Shown piece after piece: positions 1-11,650 of a DNA stretch of 32,000 nt. Positions within the stretch are counted from its first letter, which is position 1, and each line of letters opens with the position of its first letter. Position numbers and translations under genes: made by a program. Location of the stretch: assembly GCF_023585785.1 (NCBI RefSeq), contig NZ_CP097765.1:240001-272000 (forward strand), read 5' to 3'. The notes below the pieces were generated by a model. That model was not told where the DNA came from, ran no database searches, and saw only the letters and a list, made by a program, of their open reading frames with translations. Source of the stretch: Blochmannia endosymbiont of Camponotus modoc. Its GTDB lineage: Bacteria > Pseudomonadota > Gammaproteobacteria > Enterobacterales > Enterobacteriaceae.

Positions 1-853
1 AAATAGATGTAGTTAATATATCTCTATGTGCTCCACCTAATGGTTCAGAAATCACACTATCAATTAGATTTAGTTCTTTCAATCGATAAGCAGTAATACC
101 CATTGCTTCGGCAGCTATAGGAGCTTTTTTAACATTTTTCCATAAAATGGATGCACATCCTTCTGGAGAAATTACAGAATATGTACTATATTCCAACATA
201 TTAACTTTATCGCCAACGCTGATAGCTAAAGCCCCTCCAGAACCCCCTTCTCCGATTACGGTACATATAATTGGTATTTTTAATATTGACATTGTACGTA
301 AATTCTTAGCGATTGCTGCAGATTGTCCACGTTTTTCTGCGCCCACTCCAGGATAAGCGCCTGGAGTATCTATAAAAGTAATCAGTGGTATTTTGAATCG
401 TTCTGCCATTTTCATCAGACGTAATGCTTTTCGGTACCCTTCTGGCGCGGACATACCAAAATTTCGTTTAATTTTTTCTTTAGTGTCACGACCTTTTTGA
501 TGCCCAATGATCATGACTGGTCGGGAATTGAGTCTCGCTATGCCGCCTACAATAGCTTTGTCATCAGCGTATACTCGATCACCAGATAATTCATCGAAAT
601 CGTTAAATATACGCTCTATATAATCTAAAGTGTATGGACGTTTAGGATGTCGTGCTAATTGAGCAATTTGCCAGGCATTTAAATTAGAAAATATTTTTTG
701 GGTAAGCTCAATACTTTTAGAACGAAGACGATTAATTTCTGCATTAACATTTTTTTTTGATTTTTTATCTGAGTGTACTATCGATGCTAAAGAATTAATT
801 TTTTCTTCTAAATCTAAGATAGGTTTTTCAAAATCAAGAACATTTAAACCCAT
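1..853 (-). CDS. accA: acetyl-CoA carboxylase carboxyltransferase alpha subunit (C-terminus lies beyond the window start)
   Basis: The minus-strand frame is open from the ATG at 853-851 to the window edge, which is why it is absent from the ORF track. My translation reads [19 protein letters not shown]...[12 protein letters not shown]...[18 protein letters not shown]...[10 protein letters not shown]...EPLGGAHRD, typical of AccA. An AGGA lies 5 nt upstream. The position after dnaE matches E. coli. Confidence 0.9.
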   Translation of the reverse strand, partial: MGLNVLDFEKPILDLEEKINSLASIVHSDKKSKKNVNAEINRLRSKSIELTQKIFSNLNAWQIAQLARHPKRPYTLDYIERIFNDFDELSGDRVYADDKAIVGGIARLNSRPVMIIGHQKGRDTKEKIKRNFGMSAPEGYRKALRLMKMAERFKIPLITFIDTPGAYPGVGAEKRGQSAAIAKNLRTMSILKIPIICTVIGEGGSGGALAISVGDKVNMLEYSTYSVISPEGCASILWKNVKKAPIAAEAMGITAYRLKELNLIDSVISEPLGGAHRDILTTSI

Positions 854-871
854 ACAATTCCTGTTATTAAA

Positions 872-3800
872 TTAATGTAATTCTAATTTGATTTGTTCAT
901 CCCCAACAAGACTACGTAAATTAGTTAGTAACTGATCAGTCAGGGTAATATACCATTTTTTTCCACAATGTAATTTAATTTGAATGCCATTTTTTTGATA
1001 AAAAAAATATACTGGTAAAGTTCCAAGTTTATTTTTTTCTAAAAAAAAATGAATGTTGGTCAATAATTTATTGTCAACTTGTTTGTTCTTTAATGTGATA
1101 GATAAACTACGTGTATGTTTTTTATGAATGTCGTTAATATCTTCTAATTTCCGTGCAATCATTTTGTAATGACCATGTATCTTATCAATATTGATCACGC
1201 CTGTAACAAGCAATAAATTATTTTCTTTTAAACAATGTTGATATTTATGAATCAGTGTTTCGAATATCATTATTTCTAATCGACCAGAATAATCTTCTAG
1301 AATAAAAAATACAACACGTTTTCCTCTCTTACTTAATTTTGTTCGAATTGATATAATTAAACCAAAAATATGCAGTATTTTATTATCTGTTTCTAGTATA
1401 ACATCTTTTATCTTAACGATGTTCGGTGCGCAACGTTTTATTGTTTTTATATATTGAATAGTAGGATGACTGGTTAAATATAATCCAAGAGCTTCTTTTT
1501 CTTTTTCTAATAATAACTGATTAGACCATTGTGGTGCGTTGTCATTGCGATCAGATATCGCAATAGTATTAGATTCATCTAAACACATTTCAAATATATC
1601 TGTTTGTTTGCTATATTTATTTTTAATATGTTGATTAGCACGTTTTAGTACATCATTAAGTGATGACATTAATTTTGAACGATGTATTCCAAACGAATCA
1701 CAGGCTCCGGAAAGAATTAATTTTTCAATCATACGATGATTTATTTTTGTACTATCGATACGAATACAGAAGTCAAATAATTCTTTAAAACTACCACCTT
1801 TATTACGAGATGTTATTATAGATTCTATAGAGGTTTTTCCTATTCCTTTAATAGCTCCAAATCCATAAACAATTTCTTTATTTGCATTAACATAAAAATG
1901 ATATTGACTAGTGTTAATATTTGGGGGTGAAATTATAAGTTTCATTTTTTGACATTCACCTATTAAGTATACTACTTTATTTAAATTATCCATATCAGAA
2001 CTTAATGCTGCCGCCATAAATTCAGAAGGATAATGTGTTTTTAACCATAATGTTTGATAAGATATTAACGCATATGCTGCAGAATGAGATTTATTGAAAC
2101 CATAACCGGCGAATTTTTCTACAAGATCAAAAATCTTCATTGATAGTGTACTATCGATACCATTTTTTGCCGCACCTAAATTAAAAAAAGAGCGTTGTTT
2201 AGCCATATCTTCTGGTTTTTTTTTGCCGATAGCACGTCTTAATATATCGGCTTGTCCAAGTGTATAACCTGCAAGTACTTGTGCTATTTGCATAACTTGT
2301 TCTTGATACAAAATAATTCCATAAGTTGATTCCAATACTGGACGTAGAGATTCATGCTGCCATTTAGCATCAGGATAAGAAATAGTTTCATAACCGTGTT
2401 TTCTATTGATGAAATTATCTACCATACCTGACTGTAGCGGTCCTGGACGAAATAACGCAATCAATGCTATCAAATCTTCAAAACAATCTGGTTTTAAACG
2501 TTTAATTAATTCCTTTATGCCGCGTGATTCTAATTGAAATATTGCAGTAGTTTCTGAAGATTGAAGTATATGAAAGCTTTTTTGGTCGTATAACGATATG
2601 GAGTGTATATCAATAATAGTGAGACCATGTTTCAGGCGTGTATTGTTAATCATTTTTAATGCATGATTAATAATAGTCAATGTACGCAAACCAAGAAAAT
2701 CAAATTTTATTAAACCAATACGTTCAATGTCATCTTTATCAAATTGAGTCATTGGATGAATACTGTCGTTATCATAATACAAGGGAGAAAAATCGGTAAT
2801 TTTTATAGGCGCAATTACTACTCCTCCTGCATGTTTGCTTACATTTCTTACGATACCTTCTAATTGCAGGGCCATATCGATGAGCTCTGTAATATCTTCG
2901 TCGTTTTCATAAAGTAATTTAAGTTGAGGTTCGATAGAGAACGCTTTTTTCAACGTTATTCCCGATTCTAATGGAATTAATTTAGCGATACGATTAATCA
3001 ACGCATAAGGATGCCCTAGTACACGCCCTACATCTCGAATCACTGCTTTAGCTGCCATAGTTCCAAACGTAATAATTTGAGATACAGCATCCGATCCGTA
3101 AGTTTTAGAGACATGTTCAATTACTAAATCACGATGATCCATGCAAAAATCAATATCTAGATCAGGCATTGATATACGCTCTGGATTAAGAAAACGTTCA
3201 AACAGTAAATCGAATTGTAATGGATCAAGTTCTGTAATTTTTAAAACATAAGCTACTAGTGAACTAGCGCCAGAACCTCTTCCCGGACCAACTGGAATAT
3301 CGTTATTTTTAGCCCATTTGATAAATTCCATAACGATTAGAAAATAACTAGGAAAATTCATATTATTAATTACTTGTAATTCATGTTTCAATCGTAAATC
3401 ATACGGTTTTCGCTTAACAAGACGTTCTTCAGTCTTTGGAAATAACAAAATTAAGCGTTCTTCCAATCCTTTTTTTGCGTGTGTAGTAAGAAAATCTTTA
3501 GCAGACCTACGCCCAGTAGGAAATTGTGGTAAAAAATATCCGCCTAAATCGATGGTGAGATTACATCTGTAAGCAATTTCTACACTATTTACTAAAGATT
3601 CTGGTATATCGGAAAATAATTCACACATTTCTTGTTCACTTTTCATAAATTGTTGTGAACTATATTTGCGTAATTGTTGAATATTATTTAATGTAGTACC
3701 ATCATATATCGCTACGCGAACCTCATGCGCTAAAAAATCTTTTTCATTAATGAAACGTACATCGTTGGTAGCTACTACCGGTAATCCTTTGGCTATTGAT

Positions 3801-4363
3801 AATTCTATTGCTAATTGTAAATAAGATTCTTCATGTTGACGACCAGTACGTATTAGTTCCAAATAATATCTATTTGGAAAATACTTGGAATAAAAATATA
3901 AACATTGTTCTATCTTTAATTTTTCATTTCTTAATAAATATCTTCCGATATCTCCATTGCGCCCTCCAGAAAGTAGAATTAAACCTTTGTTATATTCTGT
4001 GAGCCAATGGCGTTGAATCATAAGAGCAATATTATTACATTTATTTTTATATGCTTTTGAAATTAGCATAATTAAATGATAATAACCCTGTTTATCAGTA
4101 ACCAAGCATGTTAATTCGCTGGGTTTGTTGCCAATGATGAGATCTTGTACTAAAAAATCTGCTCCAATAATTGGCTTGATTCCTGATTTATAAGCAACAT
4201 CATAGAATTTAATAAACCCAAATAAATTGTTAAAATCAGTAAGAGCTAACGCGGGCATTTTAAGATATGCCGCTTTTGTTATTAATTTATTTACCGTAGC
4301 TAATCCATCAATCATGGAGTAATCGCTATGTACGTGCAAGTGAATAAAACGTGGTTTTATCAT
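872..4363 (-). CDS. dnaE: DNA polymerase III alpha subunit
   Basis: 1163 aa, against about 1160 in E. coli. The N-terminal PHP motif is [15 protein letters not shown]. The region is colinear with the E. coli rnhB-dnaE-accA order. Confidence 0.97.
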   Translation of the reverse strand: MIKPRFIHLHVHSDYSMIDGLATVNKLITKAAYLKMPALALTDFNNLFGFIKFYDVAYKSGIKPIIGADFLVQDLIIGNKPSELTCLVTDKQGYYHLIMLISKAYKNKCNNIALMIQRHWLTEYNKGLILLSGGRNGDIGRYLLRNEKLKIEQCLYFYSKYFPNRYYLELIRTGRQHEESYLQLAIELSIAKGLPVVATNDVRFINEKDFLAHEVRVAIYDGTTLNNIQQLRKYSSQQFMKSEQEMCELFSDIPESLVNSVEIAYRCNLTIDLGGYFLPQFPTGRRSAKDFLTTHAKKGLEERLILLFPKTEERLVKRKPYDLRLKHELQVINNMNFPSYFLIVMEFIKWAKNNDIPVGPGRGSGASSLVAYVLKITELDPLQFDLLFERFLNPERISMPDLDIDFCMDHRDLVIEHVSKTYGSDAVSQIITFGTMAAKAVIRDVGRVLGHPYALINRIAKLIPLESGITLKKAFSIEPQLKLLYENDEDITELIDMALQLEGIVRNVSKHAGGVVIAPIKITDFSPLYYDNDSIHPMTQFDKDDIERIGLIKFDFLGLRTLTIINHALKMINNTRLKHGLTIIDIHSISLYDQKSFHILQSSETTAIFQLESRGIKELIKRLKPDCFEDLIALIALFRPGPLQSGMVDNFINRKHGYETISYPDAKWQHESLRPVLESTYGIILYQEQVMQIAQVLAGYTLGQADILRRAIGKKKPEDMAKQRSFFNLGAAKNGIDSTLSMKIFDLVEKFAGYGFNKSHSAAYALISYQTLWLKTHYPSEFMAAALSSDMDNLNKVVYLIGECQKMKLIISPPNINTSQYHFYVNANKEIVYGFGAIKGIGKTSIESIITSRNKGGSFKELFDFCIRIDSTKINHRMIEKLILSGACDSFGIHRSKLMSSLNDVLKRANQHIKNKYSKQTDIFEMCLDESNTIAISDRNDNAPQWSNQLLLEKEKEALGLYLTSHPTIQYIKTIKRCAPNIVKIKDVILETDNKILHIFGLIISIRTKLSKRGKRVVFFILEDYSGRLEIMIFETLIHKYQHCLKENNLLLVTGVINIDKIHGHYKMIARKLEDINDIHKKHTRSLSITLKNKQVDNKLLTNIHFFLEKNKLGTLPVYFFYQKNGIQIKLHCGKKWYITLTDQLLTNLRSLVGDEQIKLELH

Positions 4364-4403
4364 AATTTAAAAGATCATAAGTAATGATGTATATCTCATT
4401 ATA

Positions 4404-5063
4404 TTAAACATAAAGTTTCCTATTAATATCAGAAATTACATGTTTTACAGGAGCAAAGCTTTTTCGATGATGCGATATAGGACCGTATAGCGCTAGTTGT
4501 TTTAAGTGAAAAGAAGTAGGATATCCTTTGTTTTGAGCAAATCCATATTTTGGATATTGCCCATCTAATATGATCATATCTTGATCACGAGTAACTTTAG
4601 CTATAATGGAAGCTGCGCTTATAACCTCTATTCGAGCATCTCCTTTCTTAAAACATTGATAAGGTATTTCTGTAAATCCTGGAGAACGATTTCCATCTAT
4701 TAAAATTAAATCTGGTTTAATAGATAAATTGTGTACTGCTCGTTTCATTGCTAATAAACGAGCTTCTAAAATATTAAAACGATCAATTTCTGTAACATCA
4801 GCATATCCGATACTCCAGGTCAATGCATTTTTAATAATATTTTTATATAAATTAAGTCTTTTATTTTTATTTAATGTTTTGGAATCAGCTAATCCAGAAA
4901 TTGGTTGTATTGGATGCAATATCACTGCAGCAGCTATTACTGATCCAACTAATGATCCACATCCTGATTCATCTACTCCTGCAATTAATTTAAATTTTTT
5001 GATAGATAGTGTTTTTGATATTTCATTATTTTTTTCTTGCACAATAGATAACATTGTTGTCAT
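4404..5063 (-). CDS. rnhB: ribonuclease HII
   Basis: 219 aa with [28 protein letters not shown] and KGYPT motifs that align with E. coli RnhB. The start ATG overlaps the lpxB stop (ATGA). The N-terminus is about 15 aa longer than in E. coli. Confidence 0.92.
   Translation of the reverse strand: MTTMLSIVQEKNNEISKTLSIKKFKLIAGVDESGCGSLVGSVIAAAVILHPIQPISGLADSKTLNKNKRLNLYKNIIKNALTWSIGYADVTEIDRFNILEARLLAMKRAVHNLSIKPDLILIDGNRSPGFTEIPYQCFKKGDARIEVISAASIIAKVTRDQDMIILDGQYPKYGFAQNKGYPTSFHLKQLALYGPISHHRKSFAPVKHVISDINRKLYV
5060..5063 (-). other. ATGA stop/start overlap between lpxB and rnhB (probable translational coupling)
   Basis: Read directly: the lpxB TGA occupies 5062-5060 and the rnhB ATG occupies 5063-5061. 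Confidence 0.7.
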
Positions 5064-6202
5064 TTGATTAATCTCAAAACCGCATGGGCTGCTTGTTCAT
5101 CTGCTTTGCATCTAATGCTGTGATGTAATTGTCTAAATTTTTTTTTCAATACTATATGTTGATTATTATTATCATTTAATAAATTAATTAATGTTTGTGC
5201 TAAATTTTCAGGACGACAGTTGTTTTGAATAAATTCTTTTACCAATTCATGACCTGCTAATAAATTAGGTAGAGATATCCAAGGAATATTTATAAAATGC
5301 TTGACTAACATGAATGTTAAGGGATGCATGCGATAAGCTACAACCATGGGGCATTTGACCAACATACATTCTAAAGTTGCTGTTCCAGCGGTTACTAAAG
5401 AAACATCTGCTGCCATCATTATTTTCCATGCTGATTGGTTGTTTACAATACGATATTTAACCGATGTTGATGTAACACTAATAAATTTTTTTATAGATGT
5501 TTGATTAGTTAATGGTACTAAAATTTCAAGATTAGGAAAATTATTTTTTAACAATTTAGCGCATACTAAAAAATCATGAGCTAACATTTTAATTTCCCTA
5601 ATCCTGCTGCCTGGTAATACTGCTAAACAATATACGTCATGAGGAATACCTAATTTTTGACGAGCAGAGACTTTATTTGGATTAAGTGGTATTTGATCTG
5701 CTAATGAATGCCCAATAAATTGACATGGTATATTGAAGTGATCGTATATTTTTTTTTCAAAAGGAAAAATAACCAAAATATTATCGGTAGCTTTTTTAAG
5801 TGCAAAAATACGTTTTTTCCTCCATGCCCATACTGATGGGCTAACATAATGAATTGTACGAATTCCACTTTTTTTTAAACGATTTTCTAACGAAATATTA
5901 AAATCTGGCGAATCGATACCAATGAAAACATCAGGTTTTAAGTTAATAAATCTACGAACTAAATTTCTACGAATATATAATAATCGTGGTAATTTCATAA
6001 TGATTTCAGCAAAACCCATAACTGATAACTCTTCTATATTATACCAGGATTTCATATCTTCAGATTGCATACAGGGACCGCCAATTCCAAAAAAACATAC
6101 TTTTTTTAAGTATTTTTTTAATGTACGGATTAATCCTGCTCCTAAAATATCTCCGGAAGCTTCTCCTGCTACTATACCTATAATAATAGTACGATTACGC
6201 AT
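5060..6202 (-). CDS. lpxB: lipid-A-disaccharide synthase
   Basis: 380 aa (E. coli about 382). The N-terminus is [18 protein letters not shown]. The gene sits between lpxA and rnhB as in E. coli. Confidence 0.95.
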   Translation of the reverse strand: MRNRTIIIGIVAGEASGDILGAGLIRTLKKYLKKVCFFGIGGPCMQSEDMKSWYNIEELSVMGFAEIIMKLPRLLYIRRNLVRRFINLKPDVFIGIDSPDFNISLENRLKKSGIRTIHYVSPSVWAWRKKRIFALKKATDNILVIFPFEKKIYDHFNIPCQFIGHSLADQIPLNPNKVSARQKLGIPHDVYCLAVLPGSRIREIKMLAHDFLVCAKLLKNNFPNLEILVPLTNQTSIKKFISVTSTSVKYRIVNNQSAWKIMMAADVSLVTAGTATLECMLVKCPMVVAYRMHPLTFMLVKHFINIPWISLPNLLAGHELVKEFIQNNCRPENLAQTLINLLNDNNNQHIVLKKKFRQLHHSIRCKADEQAAHAVLRLIK

Positions 6203-6220
6203 AGACGATAGATGACATTG

Positions 6221-7009
6221 TTAACGAATAATTCCTCGTTGAGAGCGTATTAAAAAATCTACAAATTCATTGATAATTGGATGTTCTGCTGCTAATGATT
6301 TTAAAGCCGATTTAGCTGATTCAACAGTTTTATTGCTACGATATAAAATTTTATAAGCATCTCGAATAGCGTGTACGGAAGAACGACTAAAACCTCGTCG
6401 TTTTAAACCTTCAATGTTTAATCCAAAAGGTGTTGCGTGATTTCCTTGGGCTATTATGAATGGTGGAATATCTTGAACTACACCAGAACATCCTCCAATC
6501 ATAACATGTGTTCCAATAATACAAAATTGATGGATCGCGGTCATCCCTCCAATAATAGTGTGATTATCTACTCTTACATGTCCTCCTAAGGTAACGTTGT
6601 TAGCCATGACACAATGATCTCCTATTATGCAATCATGAGCAATATGTACGTTAATCATAAATAAATTGCTATTTCCTATTTTGGTAACTTTTTTACCTTG
6701 TATAGTACCGCGATGAATAGTGACACTTTCTCTAATCTGATTATAATGACCAATCTCTATGCGCGTAGATTCTTTTGCGTATTTTAAATCTTGGTTTACT
6801 TCCCCAAGAGAAGCAAATTGATAAATTTGATTATCTTCTCCAATTTGAGTAATGCCATTAATTACGATATGAGATTTTAGTAAAGTTCGTGCCCCTATTT
6901 CAACTTGTGCTCCAATAAAACAAAATGGCCCGATATGCACGTTATCGTGTATTATAGCTCCTTCTTCTATTATAGAACTAGGATGTATGATGGCAGATTG
7001 ATGAATCAT
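6221..7009 (-). CDS. lpxA: UDP-N-acetylglucosamine O-acyltransferase
   Basis: 262 aa, the same length as E. coli LpxA. It has hexapeptide repeats and the HIAHDC catalytic-His context. The ATG at 7009-7007 was checked. Confidence 0.96.
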   Translation of the reverse strand: MIHQSAIIHPSSIIEEGAIIHDNVHIGPFCFIGAQVEIGARTLLKSHIVINGITQIGEDNQIYQFASLGEVNQDLKYAKESTRIEIGHYNQIRESVTIHRGTIQGKKVTKIGNSNLFMINVHIAHDCIIGDHCVMANNVTLGGHVRVDNHTIIGGMTAIHQFCIIGTHVMIGGCSGVVQDIPPFIIAQGNHATPFGLNIEGLKRRGFSRSSVHAIRDAYKILYRSNKTVESAKSALKSLAAEHPIINEFVDFLIRSQRGIIR

Positions 7010-7013
7010 CAGT

Positions 7014-7469
7014 TTAAATTTCCTTTCTACGAGCGCACATCATTGATGCTTCACAAGCCATTTCTTCGTTTACTGTAGCGATTCCTTTAAAGCGTGCAAT
7101 ACCACGTCTTTCTTTAATAAATTCCACATCAAGTATCATTTGATCACCAGGTTGTACTGGACGCTTGAATCGAGCTGCATCAATTGCAGCAAAATAATAT
7201 AATTCTCCTGGAGCTAATTTACCTGTACTTTTGAAGGCTAAGATGCCTGTAGCTTGAGCCATAGCCTCTAAAATTAATACTCCAGGAAAAATGGGTTTTC
7301 CCGGAAAATGACCTTGAAAAAATGGTTCATTAAAGGAAACATTTTTTACCGCTCTTAAAAATTTTCCTTTTTCAAAATTTAGTACACGATCAACTAGCAA
7401 AAATGGAAATCGATGCGGCAAAAGTTCTAAAACTTCCTCAATGTGCAAAACGCAAGTATCAGTAACCAA
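7014..7469 (-). CDS. fabZ: 3-hydroxyacyl-ACP dehydratase FabZ
   Basis: 151 aa, with [16 protein letters not shown] and [23 protein letters not shown] nearly identical to E. coli FabZ. The start codon is TTG (7469-7467, checked), with AGGA 11 nt upstream. Confidence 0.96.
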   Translation of the reverse strand: MVTDTCVLHIEEVLELLPHRFPFLLVDRVLNFEKGKFLRAVKNVSFNEPFFQGHFPGKPIFPGVLILEAMAQATGILAFKSTGKLAPGELYYFAAIDAARFKRPVQPGDQMILDVEFIKERRGIARFKGIATVNEEMACEASMMCARRKEI

Positions 7470-7567
7470 GGTTTTCTATTCCTGTCTAAGGTAATAAATC
7501 GTATTAACAACACTATCCCGTTCATCCTAACAGGATAAAGAATAAACTGTCCTAATTATCTTAAAAT

Positions 7568-8599
7568 TTATAGGAACAGTAATTTTTTTAATTTTTCTTC
7601 TATAGTTTTTATACGTTTATTCATATTACTAATCCGCATAATTAACGCGGCAGTTTTCCACCATACTGTATTTGGTTGTACAGGAATACCTGATGAGTAA
7701 ATACCAGGTTGTGTTATTGCTTTAATTACCATACCCATTCCGGTTATCGTGACTTTATCACAAATATTTATGTGCCCATTAATTACACTAGCTCCACCTA
7801 TCATGCAATATCGTCCGATTGTTAAACTTCCAGCCATGATGACACCTCCTGCTATTGCAGTGTGCGCGCCTATTATGACATTATGTGCAATTTGGCACTG
7901 ATTATCAATAATTACCCCGTTTTCAATTTTAGTATCATCTAGTGTTCCACGGTCAATAGTAGTACAAGCACCTATTTCTACATTATTTCCAATTTTTACT
8001 GTTCCTAAATGAGGAATTTTGATCCACACACCATGATCATTAATATACCCAAATCCATCAGAACCAATTATAGCTCCAGATTGTATTAAGCAGAATTCAC
8101 CAATTTCTACTTCATGATATATAGTAACGTTGGCCCATAAACGTGTACCTGTTCCTATTCTTGCTTTTTTTCCTATGAAACTACCGGGACCAATGATTAC
8201 ATCATCCCCCAAAATTGCTTCAGATTCTATAACTGCATTAGCGCCAATCCCTACTCTTTGACCTAAAATTGCATCTGAAGCAATTATAGCTCCAGATGCA
8301 ATGTTTTTCGATGGTTTAGGGGTAGTATCCATCAATCGTGCTATTTTAACATACGCAATATAAGGATCTTCTACTACTAATGCAGCAATCTTACAAAAAA
8401 TTAAGTTATTTTTAGACAATATCACTGCTGAGGCGCGACAGGAGCTTAGTTGACTTAGAAATCGCTGATTTTTTAGAAAAGTAATATGTCCCACTCGTGC
8501 GTTATTTATAGAAGCAACACCAGTAATAATAATATTTTCATCTCCATATAATTTAGCATTTAACTGTTGTGCTAGGTCAGATAATCGCATTCCGATCAT
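7568..8599 (-). CDS. lpxD: UDP-3-O-acylglucosamine N-acyltransferase
   Basis: 343 aa. It begins [13 protein letters not shown] (E. coli MPSIRLADLAQQL), has hexapeptide repeats and the QIAHNV catalytic-His context. Confidence 0.95.
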   Translation of the reverse strand: MIGMRLSDLAQQLNAKLYGDENIIITGVASINNARVGHITFLKNQRFLSQLSSCRASAVILSKNNLIFCKIAALVVEDPYIAYVKIARLMDTTPKPSKNIASGAIIASDAILGQRVGIGANAVIESEAILGDDVIIGPGSFIGKKARIGTGTRLWANVTIYHEVEIGEFCLIQSGAIIGSDGFGYINDHGVWIKIPHLGTVKIGNNVEIGACTTIDRGTLDDTKIENGVIIDNQCQIAHNVIIGAHTAIAGGVIMAGSLTIGRYCMIGGASVINGHINICDKVTITGMGMVIKAITQPGIYSSGIPVQPNTVWWKTAALIMRISNMNKRIKTIEEKLKKLLFL

Positions 8600-8602
8600 A
8601 AT

Positions 8603-9103
8603 TTATCCAACTTGTTTCATTACAGAATTGGTAATATCTGTAATACGAATGCTGTGATATACTACAGCATTAGTGTCGATTACTATATCGTAATTTTCTT
8701 TTTTAGCAACATTCGTTACTACATTGTGAATCATATTCAGAATTTTATCTCTTTCTTCTGTCTGACGTGAATGATTTTCTTGTTGAAATTCTTTAGCTTT
8801 GTTAGAGAAAATTTCACGTTGATTTATTAACGATTTTTCTAATTCACTACGCTCGATTGCTTTCATGGTAGCACCATCTCGTTGTAATGTTTGTATTTTC
8901 ATTTGTAAATCGTGCTCCATCTTTTCTAATTCGGTAGCACGATCTTTAAATTCATATTCAAGTTGTTTAATGATTTTCGCACGTTGTGAAGATTGTTGGA
9001 AAATATTAGAAATATTAACTATCGCAATTTTGTCCGCAGCATCAACAGGGCTAATTTGTGTTATCCAAATCACCATACTTAATATATATGTCCACTTTTT
9101 CAC
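8603..9103 (-). CDS. skp: periplasmic chaperone Skp (OmpH)
   Basis: 166 aa. A signal peptide is followed by AADKIAIVN as in E. coli Skp. The start is GTG (9103-9101), with AAGAGG 6 nt upstream. The gene sits between bamA and lpxD. Confidence 0.88.
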   Translation of the reverse strand: MKKWTYILSMVIWITQISPVDAADKIAIVNISNIFQQSSQRAKIIKQLEYEFKDRATELEKMEHDLQMKIQTLQRDGATMKAIERSELEKSLINQREIFSNKAKEFQQENHSRQTEERDKILNMIHNVVTNVAKKENYDIVIDTNAVVYHSIRITDITNSVMKQVG

Positions 9104-9182
9104 TGTAAACCTCTTAGTTTAATAAAATATAAAAGTTTATACTTTGATAAGATATTTGTTATTTCTATATTACATTTAAATT

Positions 9183-11606
9183 TTACCATGTTTTTCCGAT
9201 ACTAAATTGAAATGGTTCTTCTATATCTCCAGGATATTTTTTTATCAATTTTGAATAAGAAAAAATCACTGGTCCAACTGGAGATATCCATTTCAAAGCT
9301 ATACCACTGGATATACGAATATTACTTGGAATACTATAATCTACAATACCAGCTTTTTGTGTTGCTTCAGTATTTTTCCAAAAAGTATCCCATACAGTAC
9401 CTGTGTCTAAGAACAGAGAAATACGTGCAATATCAGAATGTTGTGTATTAAAATATGCGATAGGAATAATTAACTCAGTTTTAAAAAGAGTTATTGCATT
9501 TCCACCGACAGCATCTTGAGAGTTCTTTATTGCACATGTAGTATAGTTTTGGCTTGAATCGCTGCAATGATAATAGGCAGCTTTTGGTCCTATACTATTT
9601 AATCTAAATCCACGTATTGTTCCAATACCTCCGGCGTAGAAGTTGTCATAAAAAGGATTTTCTTTTTTATGTATACTTCCAGAATAACCAGCATATATAG
9701 AATTCATTATTATCCAATTATAATATTGGTCCAAAGGCATATAGCTATTGCAATTAATTAGTATTTTATAATATTGATTATTAGACCCAGGTAGTGTTAA
9801 TGTACTTGATACATTAGCGCGTACACCATATGTAGGAAAATAAGCATGATTCGAGTTATCAAAAGTCCATCCTGAAACTAATAAAAAATCATTTGTATGA
9901 AAATTAATAGTATCATCCAAAAATGTATTGTTAATCGATATTTTTGGGCGAATATTTGTAGATTTTAAATAACGCCATATTGCTACTTGAGGAGCTACTT
10001 TACTTAAATAATTAGATACATAATTTAATCCTATATTAAACGTATTGTATTCAACAATCGGGTATGAGCAATTAATATTAATACCACAATTTTTCAAATT
10101 ATAATCTGACAAACCCGTTTTGTTAGTATTTAAATCATTATAAAATATTTTCCCTCCTACGCTAATATTATTAACGCCACAGTAAGGTTTTACAGATGAT
10201 ATTTCAGCATAAGTTTGATAATAATTTTTAGTACTAGCAACAGCTATAGAATTTCCTGAACCTAATACATTTTCTTGATACATTCCGAATTGTAAATTTA
10301 TACCACTTTCTGTTCCAAATCCGACGCTTAAATTTAAATTACCAGTATTACGTTCTTCAACTTTGTAAATAACGTCGATTTGGTTTATAGTATTCGATAC
10401 ATATTCAATGTGAGTGTTTACAGTTTTAAAATAACCAAGACGTTTAAGTCGATCTTGATCTTGAACAATACGAGTATAATCTAATTGCATTTGTTCTGTT
10501 TGATGTATTTCTCTACGAATTACTTCATCTTTAGTAATATTATTACCTTCAAAGCGTATTTCACGCACATAAAAATGACGTCCTATATCAACATATACAT
10601 ATAATGTTATTGTTTTATTGTTATCATTGATGTCTGGTTCTATTAATATGATAGGTTGCATGTAGCCATGTTTGCTCAATACATATCGTATGTTACGTTC
10701 TATTTCTTGAATTTTATTGTTACTATACAATTCTCCAAGAGAAACTCTCATGTATTCCTTAATATTAGGAAAATAATCTAATATATTTCCATGTAATTTT
10801 ACAGAATCAAATGTATATTGCATGCCTTCATTAATATATAAAGAAAGGTAAATATATTTTTTATTTGATGTTAAATCGATCTGTGTTTCATCAATATGAA
10901 ATTTAGCGTAACCATGGTTTAAGTAAAAATTACGTAATTTATCTAAGTCATGGAATAATCTTTGTTGTTGATATTGTCGATTGGATAATATGGGTCTCCA
11001 TTTAATTTTTCTATATGATTTAAATTGTGATAATAATTTTTTTGTATGGAATGCATGATTACCAAAAATATTGATTTGTTGTACTTTGGCGGTTTTACCT
11101 TCAGTAAATATTATTTTCAAATTAACACGATTTCTTGATAGAGGAATAACTACTATCTCAGTTGTAGCTGTAAATTTACCAAAATTATGATACAAATTAT
11201 CTAATTCTCGTTTTAACTCAAAAATAGAACATTCATTAAACGGTTCACCTGATTGTATTTTTTTTACATTTAATGTTTTTTTTATTATATCTTCTGTAAT
11301 TATTTTATTCCCATGAAAATTCACATTATCAATAACTGGACGTTCTTTCACTTGGATTATAATAATTCCTGTTTCATTATTAGATATTGTGATTGCTTCA
11401 AAATATCCTGTAGAAAACAACACTTTAATACTATTAGCAATATCTTCATCATTAATAATAGCTCCAATTTTTAAAGGTAAATTAAATAGTACTGTATCTA
11501 AAGAAATTCTTTTTAATCCGTTAAAAAGAATTTTATTTATGATTGTATCAGCGCTCTGTGCTACATTGCTAATTATCAATAAGAATGCTATAAATATTCT
11601 TTTCAT
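9183..11606 (-). CDS. bamA: outer membrane protein assembly factor BamA
   Basis: 807 aa (E. coli 810). It has an N-terminal signal peptide, POTRA-like repeats and the C-terminal FQFSIGKTW (E. coli FQFNIGKTW). Confidence 0.94.
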   Translation of the reverse strand: MKRIFIAFLLIISNVAQSADTIINKILFNGLKRISLDTVLFNLPLKIGAIINDEDIANSIKVLFSTGYFEAITISNNETGIIIIQVKERPVIDNVNFHGNKIITEDIIKKTLNVKKIQSGEPFNECSIFELKRELDNLYHNFGKFTATTEIVVIPLSRNRVNLKIIFTEGKTAKVQQINIFGNHAFHTKKLLSQFKSYRKIKWRPILSNRQYQQQRLFHDLDKLRNFYLNHGYAKFHIDETQIDLTSNKKYIYLSLYINEGMQYTFDSVKLHGNILDYFPNIKEYMRVSLGELYSNNKIQEIERNIRYVLSKHGYMQPIILIEPDINDNNKTITLYVYVDIGRHFYVREIRFEGNNITKDEVIRREIHQTEQMQLDYTRIVQDQDRLKRLGYFKTVNTHIEYVSNTINQIDVIYKVEERNTGNLNLSVGFGTESGINLQFGMYQENVLGSGNSIAVASTKNYYQTYAEISSVKPYCGVNNISVGGKIFYNDLNTNKTGLSDYNLKNCGININCSYPIVEYNTFNIGLNYVSNYLSKVAPQVAIWRYLKSTNIRPKISINNTFLDDTINFHTNDFLLVSGWTFDNSNHAYFPTYGVRANVSSTLTLPGSNNQYYKILINCNSYMPLDQYYNWIIMNSIYAGYSGSIHKKENPFYDNFYAGGIGTIRGFRLNSIGPKAAYYHCSDSSQNYTTCAIKNSQDAVGGNAITLFKTELIIPIAYFNTQHSDIARISLFLDTGTVWDTFWKNTEATQKAGIVDYSIPSNIRISSGIALKWISPVGPVIFSYSKLIKKYPGDIEEPFQFSIGKTW

Positions 11607-11650
11607 CTATTGTTATTTATTTTAATCTTTTTAGTTTTAATTTTTATTAA

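Noticed and set aside
7524-7536. A small hairpin, ATCCT-AAC-AGGAT, and reiterated CCTGTC/CTGTCC-like words lie in the 98-bp lpxD-fabZ spacer.
   Set aside because: The stem is only 5 bp with a 3-nt loop and there is no T-run. The repeats are short and imperfect. An lpxD-fabZ spacer of similar length exists in E. coli, so there is nothing beyond an ordinary operon-internal spacer that I can support.
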